A DNA stretch of 64,000 bases, taken from NCBI GenBank assembly GCA_964394405.1, contig CAYMVY010000003.1:29224-93223 (forward strand), given 5' to 3'. Source of the DNA: an uncultured Gammaproteobacteria bacterium. Its GTDB lineage: Bacteria; Patescibacteriota; Patescibacteriia; Magasanikbacterales; UBA922. Shown here piece after piece: positions 45,421 to 53,119 of this stretch (position 1 is its first letter; each line of letters starts with the position of its first letter). The notes beneath the pieces are model-generated. The model was not told the origin of the DNA. It did not search any database and saw nothing but the letters and a program-made list of their open reading frames with translations. A program made the translations under genes and the position numbers.

Positions 45421-45530
45421 AACTTAAAACTCAAATGTCAAAACGAAAAACTATAACTTAAATCTCAAAAATTTTGAGTTTTTAGTTCCAGTTTGAAGCT
45501 TTGAGTTTTACGTTTTGAGCTTATTTGAAT
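45421..45530. repeat. AT-rich palindromic intergenic element, family B copy 1 ('aaaactcaaa / tttgagtttt' units)
   Basis: ..aaaactcaaatgtcaaaacgaaaaactataacttaaatctcaaaaattttgagttttt... Its reverse complement matches 58713-58785. Confidence 0.5.
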
Positions 45531-45567
45531 ATCTCTAACTATTGGGCTATACTGTTCTTTATTCTAT

Positions 45568-45638
45568 GGGCGCGTGGTGAAATGGTGAGACTTTGGTCTC
45601 CAACCCCACCCTTCGCGAAGGGTGGGGCGATTCCCACT
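45568..45638 (+). pseudogene. Degenerate copy of tRNA-Trp: the first 19 nt are identical to the intact gene and the rest is decayed. It carries a GC palindromic hairpin.
   Basis: gggcgcgtggtgaaatggt is identical to 45917-45935. The anticodon loop CUCCAAC (still CCA) is retained but the stems are broken. The ccccaccctt-cgcg-aagggtgggg hairpin replaces the variable/T region. The 3' strand cannot pair with the acceptor. Confidence 0.5.
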
Positions 45639-45663
45639 ATACACTTGTTGATTAAGGGGGGGT

Positions 45664-45912
45664 ATGTATTATGTTTATCTGTTGAAAAGTTTCAAAGATA
45701 ATGGATTGTATATAGGATATACCCATGATTTACGTCGGAGATTTCAAGAACATACTGAAGGCGAGGTTGATTCTACAATGCATCGAAGGCCGTTAATACT
45801 TCTCTATTACGAAGCTTATGAGATATGTGAACGAGCACAAGAAAGAGAAAGAAAGTTGAAAAAATTTGGTTCCGCGTATACTGCACTTTTAAAACGTTTG
45901 AAAATTAAGTAA
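45664..45912 (+). CDS. Standalone GIY-YIG nuclease superfamily protein (UPF0213/YhbQ-like, 82 aa)
   Basis: YVYLLKSFKDNGLYIGYTHDLRRRFQEH..G...T.....P..LLYYE matches the GIY..YIG..R..H..E core. AT-rich (host-like) composition. The stop lies 5 nt before tRNA-Trp. Confidence 0.75.
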   Translation: MYYVYLLKSFKDNGLYIGYTHDLRRRFQEHTEGEVDSTMHRRPLILLYYEAYEICERAQERERKLKKFGSAYTALLKRLKIK

Positions 45913-45916
45913 ACAT

Positions 45917-45987
45917 GGGCGCGTGGTGAAATGGTATCACTAAGGTCTCCAAAACCTTCGTCGTAGGTTCGATTCCTACCGCGCCTG
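45917..45987 (+). tRNA. tRNA-Trp (anticodon CCA)
   Basis: Acceptor GGGCGCG/CGCGCCU (G1-U72), D GUGA/UCAC, anticodon stem AAGGU/ACCUU with loop CUCCAAA, T-arm GUAGG-UUCGAUU-CCUAC. Confidence 0.85.
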
Positions 45988-45994
45988 CTAAAAC

Positions 45995-46025
45995 AAAAAA
46001 TCACCATATACTGGTGATTTTTTGT
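45995..46025 (+). terminator. Rho-independent terminator after tRNA-Trp
   Basis: aaaaaatcacca-tatac-tggtgattttttg. Confidence 0.6.
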
Positions 46026-46115
46026 TGCTCGCCGACGGGTGTCCTGCGAGCAGGATGCTATTTCGTCGGCGGTGGTCTAGCGCGTGTTCCCACGGCTTCT
46101 CCTTGTGTTGTTGTC

Positions 46116-46439
46116 TCAGAAGTCGATGACCTCGACGTACTCCGGGATCCCGTTCTTCCAGCGGGGATTGAATTCTGGCTGGTTGAAGGTCGAGCGGTAG
46201 AGCCTGCTCAGTTCCCCTGATCCGTCGAAGCGCATCTGGTCCGGTGTCACGACGACGAGGTTGTCCTTGTTGCCGAAGCCGATCTTCAATGCGGCAGTGT
46301 ACGCCTCGTCCATCGTCAGCGGCCAGTTGGCGCGGACGTACTCCTCCATCGTGGTTGCCTTGTAGCCTTCGCTACCCGCTACGATTTTCATCTTGACTTC
46401 TCCGCCCTTGCGGACGGTGATGAGGCCTTGGGTTGCCAT
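46116..46439 (-). CDS. Hypothetical 107-aa protein in GC-rich island 2, with a strong AGGAGG Shine-Dalgarno
   Basis: MATQGLITVRKGGEVKMKIVAGSEGYKATTMEEYVRANWPLTMDEAYTAALKIGFGNKDNLVVVTPDQMRFDGSGELSRLYRSTFNQPEFNPRWKNGIPEYVEVIDF has no family I can name. caggaggaaagcATG on the minus strand. Confidence 0.5.
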   Translation of the reverse strand: MATQGLITVRKGGEVKMKIVAGSEGYKATTMEEYVRANWPLTMDEAYTAALKIGFGNKDNLVVVTPDQMRFDGSGELSRLYRSTFNQPEFNPRWKNGIPEYVEVIDF

Positions 46440-46488
46440 GCTTTCCTCCTGTTGCATTTGGCCGGATACATATACTAAAATTTAAAGA

Positions 46489-46511
46489 GTTTGTCAATAG
46501 TATTGACAAAC
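46489..46511. promoter_or_regulatory. Perfect 11-bp-arm palindrome overlapping the -35 of the helicase promoter (candidate operator)
   Basis: gtttgtcaata-g-tattgacaaac. A promoter TTGACA(46503)-17-TATACT is embedded in it. Confidence 0.4.
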
Positions 46512-46634
46512 CACCCTCTTTCTGCTATACTCGCATTTCATTCATTGGACGGTCATTTGACCGCCCTTCGACTCGAATCTTCTTGTTCCATAGTTATAGT
46601 GGCCCAGTAGACATCGGGTCACTATATTTATTTT

Positions 46635-48005
46635 ATGGAACACACCACAAAGGTGGGCTTTGAAAGTCTGCCTATTGCTCCAAAACTCTTAGAGATTTTG
46701 GCGCAGCACAAGTATACTCATCCGACTCCAATCCAATTGAAGTCTATTCCTGTTGCCCTCGAGGGTAAGGATATGGTGGGTATTGCACAGACTGGAACAG
46801 GGAAGACGCTTGCGTTTGGAATCCCCATGATTCAGCGTCTTGCAAAATTAAAAGCGCAAGGACTTGTAGTCGTGCCTACACGTGAGCTGGCGCTTCAAGT
46901 GGAAGAAACACTTCGAAAGATAGGGCATTCATTGGGACTCAAAACAGCTGTGATTATTGGGGGAGCCTCGATGTACACCCAGATTAATGAGCTTCGTCGC
47001 AATCCACATATTATTGTTGCGACTCCAGGACGGTTGGTAGATCATCTCGAACAAAAGACGGTGACGCTTGATCGTATACAGGTGGTAGTTCTTGATGAAG
47101 CTGATCGTATGTTTGATATTGGATTTGCGCCACAAATCAAGCGAATTTTATCGCTCACCCCAAAAGATCGTCAGACGCTTCTTTTTTCTGCGACCATGCC
47201 TGCTGAAATTGCAAAAATGGCATCACAGCATATGAAGTTGCCACTTCGGATCGAAGTTGCACCTCAAGGAACGAGTTCTGCAAATGTGGAACAGGAAATT
47301 TTTATTATCAGCAAAGAACAAAAATTACAATTACTTCAGAAATTACTTGATGACAACAAAGGAACAGTACTCGTATTTTCTCGAACCAAATTTGGCGCAA
47401 AGCGAATTGCAGCTTCACTTCGTCACATGAATCATACGGCTGTTGAAATTCACTCGAATCGAACGCTTGCGCAGAGAAAAGCAGCGCTTGCTGGATTCAA
47501 ATCAGGACAGTATCGAATTCTCGTCGCAACTGACATCGCTGCACGTGGAATCGATGTGACGGGAATTTCTCTCGTTATCAATTACGACCTTCCAGATAAT
47601 TCTGAAGATTACGTGCATCGAATTGGACGTACTGGTCGCGCTGGACTTACCGGGAAAGCAGTGTCATTTGCAACTCACCAAGAGCGAGCACAGATCAAAC
47701 AGATTGAACGATTGATCAAAAAAACTTTGCCAATTATTGGTCTTCCGACACTTCCTCCGAGAATTGAAGTACCTCGTGATTCAGGTCGCGAAGAACGATT
47801 TGAGGGAGGCTCTCGACGTAATTTTCGAGGAAATGATTCTCGAGAGCAACGAAATTTTGGTAGCGGTGGACAGCGACGTAGCCGGACGCATCGATATGGA
47901 AATAATCGTCCACGTCCTGAAGGGCAGAGCGACAATCAAGCACAGAAACCATCATTTCAGCGAACATTTCGCAGACCATCTCGACCTTCGTCCAATCAGT
48001 CATAA
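46635..48005 (+). CDS. DEAD-box ATP-dependent RNA helicase with an RG/RS-rich C-terminal tail
   Basis: Q-motif, AQTGTGKT, PTRELA, DEAD, SAT, HRIGRTGRAG motifs. Tail ..GGSRRNFRGNDSREQRNFGSGGQRRSR.. Confidence 0.9.
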   Translation: MEHTTKVGFESLPIAPKLLEILAQHKYTHPTPIQLKSIPVALEGKDMVGIAQTGTGKTLAFGIPMIQRLAKLKAQGLVVVPTRELALQVEETLRKIGHSLGLKTAVIIGGASMYTQINELRRNPHIIVATPGRLVDHLEQKTVTLDRIQVVVLDEADRMFDIGFAPQIKRILSLTPKDRQTLLFSATMPAEIAKMASQHMKLPLRIEVAPQGTSSANVEQEIFIISKEQKLQLLQKLLDDNKGTVLVFSRTKFGAKRIAASLRHMNHTAVEIHSNRTLAQRKAALAGFKSGQYRILVATDIAARGIDVTGISLVINYDLPDNSEDYVHRIGRTGRAGLTGKAVSFATHQERAQIKQIERLIKKTLPIIGLPTLPPRIEVPRDSGREERFEGGSRRNFRGNDSREQRNFGSGGQRRSRTHRYGNNRPRPEGQSDNQAQKPSFQRTFRRPSRPSSNQS

Positions 48006-48151
48006 TTAAGAGATTTTCATCTTGACTTTTAAGATACCGTACGGTACTCTGAGTCGTACTTTTTGTTGATTCTATTCTTTTGGGTTTACCTGAACTCAGA
48101 GGAGCTGGATCAAGAGATGATCGTAGCACAACTCAAAAGGAGAGCCCCCTC

Positions 48152-48622
48152 ATGCTGAATTCGATTCCTCTTTTCCTGATTCTGTTCATGACCTTCAACT
48201 GCTCCTCGATCCCTCGCAGTGAGTCGGACGGATGGGAGAATTACCTCGAACTCGTCCAGCGGGTCAAGTATCTCGAGTACGAGCACTACTTCACCACTCT
48301 CGGTCCCATGGCCGAGAAATACTTCCGTGATCCCAACTTTGGTTCTGGCATTTATGCCTACAAGGATGGTGAACTCCTCAAGCTCGGACCGAGTGATGAT
48401 CCCAATGAGATCGTGACGATCGCTGGACATCCGATCAATGGCTGGACGTACTGCGTCTATCGCAGTTTCTATTGGCGTAGAGCGATTGATGGGAGCTTCA
48501 AGCTGATCTCCCAAGAGATCATCGAAGAGGGGATGCCCGAGACGGGCACGTGCAATCCTGCGAACAGGTTTCGCAATCGGGACGACCGACGGTCCACCCC
48601 GAAGATCCGGATCCTGGATTAG
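48152..48622 (+). CDS. Hypothetical secreted/lipoprotein (156 aa) in GC-rich island 3, with an AAAGGAGAG Shine-Dalgarno
   Basis: Signal MLNSIPLFLILFMTFNCSS (Cys after a hydrophobic core). Mature part has no recognised domain. GC-rich, with ORFs open on both strands. Confidence 0.5.
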   Translation: MLNSIPLFLILFMTFNCSSIPRSESDGWENYLELVQRVKYLEYEHYFTTLGPMAEKYFRDPNFGSGIYAYKDGELLKLGPSDDPNEIVTIAGHPINGWTYCVYRSFYWRRAIDGSFKLISQEIIEEGMPETGTCNPANRFRNRDDRRSTPKIRILD

Positions 48623-48692
48623 TAGGACAATACACAACCCCGACGCCTCGTATCGACTGGTCCACGATGCGAATCGCGTCGGGAACAGTCTA

Positions 48693-48722
48693 CCCCGTCT
48701 TTCGCGAAAGACGGGGTTTTTG
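48693..48722 (+). terminator. GC-rich perfect palindromic terminator hairpin at the island 3 boundary
   Basis: ccccgtcttt-cgcg-aaagacgggg followed by ttttt. Confidence 0.6.
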
Positions 48723-48731
48723 TTCGAAGAA

Positions 48732-49706
48732 TTAATTTTTTTGACTAAACCAATTTTTAAAAATGTCAGAGATTTTTTTTCGTGGAGGTTGCTGTGGTCG
48801 AGTGATTTCGATTGTTTCAGGAGGCATCTTTTCTAAATCCAGTGCAGGTTTTGAAGGTATGCGGAGTAGTCCTGGGATTTGCTCTCTTCGTTCTTGGTAC
48901 ACTTGAGTAATTGTTGTTCTAATTATTGGCAGAACGTGTAATTTTAGGGATGTAAGTATGATTTTTTCGAATCCCGATTGTTGAAATTCCCATTCATTCT
49001 CAATATTTTTTTTGATGCTAGAATCCATGTTTTTTATTTCCGTATCTAATTCTATTTTTTTATGCTCTATAATTTGTTTATACAATTTTTCGTAATTGAT
49101 AAAGAATTTATCAAATGCGTTTGTATTTACCAGATTAAATTCAGGATTTTCTTCGACCAGTAGTCCATCTGTCCGTTGTTCCAATTTTACTTTTGCAGCA
49201 GTATATTCATATAGAGTTTCTGAAACTGCCTCATTTATCAGAAGCATTGTGGGGCTTCCTACATCTGTAATTTCTTTCATTCTTTTTTCATTCTCGTATT
49301 GCATTTCATTAAAAAAAGAGTTTATTTCTTTTTTTAAACCTACTGCTTTTTCGTATTGTTCATCATGCTTGATTTCTTGCGTATTCTTTCTCCTCCCACT
49401 TCTGCTTTTTCTTTTCAATATTTCAGCCGTAATTTCGTCGTTGATCGTGCCTATACTATCTACTAGTTCATCGCTCAGGAGTTTAAGAATAGCATCTTTT
49501 TCATTTTCAAAATCCGATTCATATCTTCCGTGAAACGCATCATTCCGATTTGTTATTATTTTATCGATTTCTGTTTTGTAGCGTTTTTGTATTTCTGGAT
49601 CAAGTTGCTCAGAACCTTGCAATAATGATACCCGTATTTGTTCTAGGCCATGTTTTTTTTGCATTTTTCTATCCATGCGATATACCTCCATTGTATTTTC
49701 ATTCAT
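48732..49706 (-). CDS. Hypothetical 324-aa charged/coiled-coil protein
   Basis: Long K/E-rich helical sequence without recognisable enzymatic motifs. AT-rich host-like composition. Confidence 0.5.
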   Translation of the reverse strand: MNENTMEVYRMDRKMQKKHGLEQIRVSLLQGSEQLDPEIQKRYKTEIDKIITNRNDAFHGRYESDFENEKDAILKLLSDELVDSIGTINDEITAEILKRKSRSGRRKNTQEIKHDEQYEKAVGLKKEINSFFNEMQYENEKRMKEITDVGSPTMLLINEAVSETLYEYTAAKVKLEQRTDGLLVEENPEFNLVNTNAFDKFFINYEKLYKQIIEHKKIELDTEIKNMDSSIKKNIENEWEFQQSGFEKIILTSLKLHVLPIIRTTITQVYQERREQIPGLLRIPSKPALDLEKMPPETIEITRPQQPPRKKISDIFKNWFSQKN

Positions 49707-49780
49707 AGGTAGGGAGATTTTTTTATCCTGTATTATTATACGCTCTTATTTATGATATACTATATCTCAATCAATTTCTT

Positions 49781-51142
49781 ATGGCAACCAAACAAAAAAT
49801 ATACAAAGAAGCGTATATTGTGACTGTCGATATGGGGTATGGACATCAGCGTGCACTGTATCCACTTCGCGATATTGCTGCGTCCCCGGTAGGGTGGCAG
49901 GATGCCTCTATTATTACTGCAAATAACTATGGCGGGATTCCCAAGAGCGATCGGATTAAGTGGGAGGGGAGTCGTAAATTGTATGAATGGATATCTCGAC
50001 TCAAGAAAGTACCCCTTATTGGTACCTTGTCTTTCTCTATCATGGATTATATTCAGCGTATTGATCCATTTTATCCCAAACGCGATTTGTCTAAACCCAC
50101 GCTTCAGGTCAAAGAAATGTATCGAATGATTGGTGAAGGGTGGGGCAAACATCTGATTGATGTCCTTAATCAAAAACCTTTGCCGTTATTAACTTCTTTT
50201 TTTGCAGTTGCTTTTTTTGCCGAGGAACATGGATATCGGGGCGACATCTATTGCCTATGTACTGATACTGATATTAGTCGTGCATGGGCACCATTGGATC
50301 CAAAGAATAGTAGAATCAACTACTGTGCCCCGAATAAGCGGGTCAAACAGCGTCTCCTGCACTACGGTGTTTCTGAACAGAATATTTTTGTGACGGGGTT
50401 TCCACTACCAAAAGAAAATACAGGAGCCAAAAATTTGAATGTACTGAAACAGTCGCTTGGATGCAGGATTACGAATCTTGATCCGAACCTGCGGTATCAG
50501 CGGAAGTATGAGCCAACCATTCGATCATATCTGGGGTCAAGATATTGCACTATTAATCACAAACATCCATTGACTATTACTTTTGCTGTAGGCGGAGCTG
50601 GAGCTCAGCGTGATATTGGAATTACAATACTTGAGAGCCTTCATGAGCATATTGATGCGGGGAAAATAAAATTGAATTTGGTTGCTGGCTCTCGCAATGA
50701 TGTGTATGTGTATTATGAAAATAAGGTAAAAGAATTACATCTCAATGAAAAACACTCTGGGATGATTAGTATCATCTATGATGCGGATAAAATGGAATAT
50801 TTTGAGAAATTTAATGAAGCACTTCTTACTACTGACATACTTTGGACCAAGCCAAGTGAATTGTCTTTTTATGCAGGGCTAGGGATTCCCATTATCATTG
50901 CACCTTCAATTGGTTCTCAAGAAGACTATAATCGAGCATGGCTTCATTCAATTGGGGCAGGATTTGAGCAGGAAGATCCTCGATACACGCACCAGTGGCT
51001 TTTTGACTGGCTGGAGTCTGGATGGCTTGCAGAAGCTGCAGTAAGCGGATTTCTCCATGCGCCAAAAAGTGGCGCATACCATATTGAAGAAGTTGTATTG
51101 CGGGGGAAGCGAAGTGAAATTGAAGATGTCCATCTATTATAA
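49781..51142 (+). CDS. GT-B glycosyltransferase, GT28-like (MGDG/diglycosyl-diacylglycerol synthase or MurG-like)
   Basis: N-terminal VTVDMGYGHQRAL (G-x-GH motif of the MGDG-synthase/UgtP family). C-terminal GLGIPIIIAPSIGSQEDYNRAWL (nucleotide-sugar binding loop). Confidence 0.6.
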   Translation: MATKQKIYKEAYIVTVDMGYGHQRALYPLRDIAASPVGWQDASIITANNYGGIPKSDRIKWEGSRKLYEWISRLKKVPLIGTLSFSIMDYIQRIDPFYPKRDLSKPTLQVKEMYRMIGEGWGKHLIDVLNQKPLPLLTSFFAVAFFAEEHGYRGDIYCLCTDTDISRAWAPLDPKNSRINYCAPNKRVKQRLLHYGVSEQNIFVTGFPLPKENTGAKNLNVLKQSLGCRITNLDPNLRYQRKYEPTIRSYLGSRYCTINHKHPLTITFAVGGAGAQRDIGITILESLHEHIDAGKIKLNLVAGSRNDVYVYYENKVKELHLNEKHSGMISIIYDADKMEYFEKFNEALLTTDILWTKPSELSFYAGLGIPIIIAPSIGSQEDYNRAWLHSIGAGFEQEDPRYTHQWLFDWLESGWLAEAAVSGFLHAPKSGAYHIEEVVLRGKRSEIEDVHLL

Positions 51143-51147
51143 ATAAT

Positions 51148-52080
51148 ATGCTTTGGATAGTTATCGCAATTATCGGATACCTGTTTCTCGCTGCAACATT
51201 TATTCTCGATAAATATATTTTGTCGAAGACAAAGGTGGCACAGCCAACAGTCTATGCATTTTATTCCACTATTATTATGTGGGGGGCGCTTGCTATCCTT
51301 CCTTTTTCTTCTGAGTCGTGGAGCATACTCCATATTGTAATTGGATTGCTATCAGGTCTTGCTTTTGGATTTGGTCTCTACACCTTGTATATTGGAGTTA
51401 AGGGTGGTGAAGCTTCACATATCAATCCCATTAGTGGAGCTGTAGTCACTCTTGTTACTTATACATTGTCCCATACCTTTTTGTATGAGGCATTATTACC
51501 GATTCAGCTGATAGGTATGGGATTACTTATCCTTGCTTCTATTTTTTTGTCATATGCCGAAACAAGGAAACAAAAAGGGTTTCATACCGGATATGCGTGG
51601 GCGATTCTCTCCGGTATTTTTTTTGCAGCTTCTCATGTAAGCGCAAAATATCTGTATGATATCCATGAATTTCTTCCTGCTCTAGCATGGACACGGGCTG
51701 GGGCTGGCATACTCGGTATTATATTGTTTTTCACCCCCTCTGTTCGTCGAGAGTTTGCACTTCGGTTTGCCAAGAAGTCGAAAAAAAAGAAAACGCCGAA
51801 GCCTGCTTCACTTGCACTGGTATGGATTGCAAAAATTGTCGGAGTGGTGGCAGTCGTTCTCCTTCAGTATGCTTCGGCGCTCGGTTCGGTCACGGTGGTG
51901 CAGGCAATGAGTGGGTTGCAATATGCACTCATGTTTCTTGCTATTTTTATTTTCAGTAAATGGTTTCCTCGCACCTTTAAGGAATATTTTTCTCGTCGTG
52001 AGTTGGCGCTTCAAACTACGGGTACTCTGCTTGTGCTTGTAGGATCGGTATTTATTGTTATTCCCTGTCTATGCGTATAG
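51148..52080 (+). CDS. EamA/DMT-superfamily 10-TM transporter
   Basis: Two duplicated 5-TM halves and a positively charged central loop (RKQKGFH.., KKSKKKKTPKP). Confidence 0.7.
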   Translation: MLWIVIAIIGYLFLAATFILDKYILSKTKVAQPTVYAFYSTIIMWGALAILPFSSESWSILHIVIGLLSGLAFGFGLYTLYIGVKGGEASHINPISGAVVTLVTYTLSHTFLYEALLPIQLIGMGLLILASIFLSYAETRKQKGFHTGYAWAILSGIFFAASHVSAKYLYDIHEFLPALAWTRAGAGILGIILFFTPSVRREFALRFAKKSKKKKTPKPASLALVWIAKIVGVVAVVLLQYASALGSVTVVQAMSGLQYALMFLAIFIFSKWFPRTFKEYFSRRELALQTTGTLLVLVGSVFIVIPCLCV

Positions 52081-53063
52081 GTTTTTTTGGGTTATTGATT
52101 GGATTTATCGCACTTGTCTATGGTGGATTGTGGTGGTATGGACGAGCCTCACATCCTTTGGTATATGGAGTGAGTTTTAGTTCGCAACATGCTGCGTGGC
52201 TTCATCTTGACTGGAAGTCGATATATCGAGAAATGCTTAGTGAGTTACAACCTACATACCTACGTCTTTCAGCCGATTGGAATGAAGTGGAAAAGATAGA
52301 AGGTACCTATGATTTTTCTTCTGTTGATTTTATGATGACTGAAGCTGGTAAGCGGGGGAGTAAGGTAGTTCTCGCTATTGGACAAAAAACTCCGCGATGG
52401 CCTGAATGTCATACACCAGGCTGGGTGACGAAAAAAACGGATGAGGAGTATCTGGAAAAATTATATACATATATTGAGACAACTGTGTTGCGATATAAGA
52501 ATCATGATGCCCTTGAATATTGGCAAGTGGAGAACGAGCCATATATCATGTTTGATTTTGGCAATTGTCCTATGTTCCAACCAGATGCAGTAGAGAAGGA
52601 GTTTGATATTGTGCGAACTCATGATACCGCGCATTCGATTGTTGTTACTGACAGTGGTGAGCTGTCAGTCTGGTACCCTGCAGCAAAGAGAGGTGATATA
52701 TTCGGAAGTACGATGTATCGAGTGGTGACTACTGAAAAGGGCACTCCACTCACCTATGACTGGCTTCCACTCGGTTGGTATCGGGCACGCGCCCGAATAC
52801 TTGGGTTGACTGCTGATAGATTTTTTATTTCTGAATTACAAGCTGAACCGTGGATTGGCTCGGGGAATGTTACTTCGACTCCGATTGATGAGCAGTTTAA
52901 AACTATGGGAATTGATCGTATGAAAAAAAATCTTGAAGATGCTAAGCATACGGGCGCTTCTCGAGCATATTTGTGGGGAGTGGAGTGGTGGTATTGGATG
53001 AAGCATGAGAAGGGGGATAATTCTTTTGTCAATGTGGCAAAGGAGTATATAAAGGGGAAATAA
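52071..53063 (+). CDS. TM-anchored glycoside hydrolase, clan GH-A TIM-barrel (GH5/GH113-like)
   Basis: N-terminal TM. WQVENEP (acid/base NEP motif of clan A) and a downstream ..SELQAEPW.. candidate nucleophile Glu. Confidence 0.55.
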   Translation: MRIGFFGLLIGFIALVYGGLWWYGRASHPLVYGVSFSSQHAAWLHLDWKSIYREMLSELQPTYLRLSADWNEVEKIEGTYDFSSVDFMMTEAGKRGSKVVLAIGQKTPRWPECHTPGWVTKKTDEEYLEKLYTYIETTVLRYKNHDALEYWQVENEPYIMFDFGNCPMFQPDAVEKEFDIVRTHDTAHSIVVTDSGELSVWYPAAKRGDIFGSTMYRVVTTEKGTPLTYDWLPLGWYRARARILGLTADRFFISELQAEPWIGSGNVTSTPIDEQFKTMGIDRMKKNLEDAKHTGASRAYLWGVEWWYWMKHEKGDNSFVNVAKEYIKGK

Positions 53064-53119
53064 AAGTCATCTAGTTTGCTGGTTATCTAGTTTTGAAGTG
53101 TGCTAAGTTATGTAAGTGT

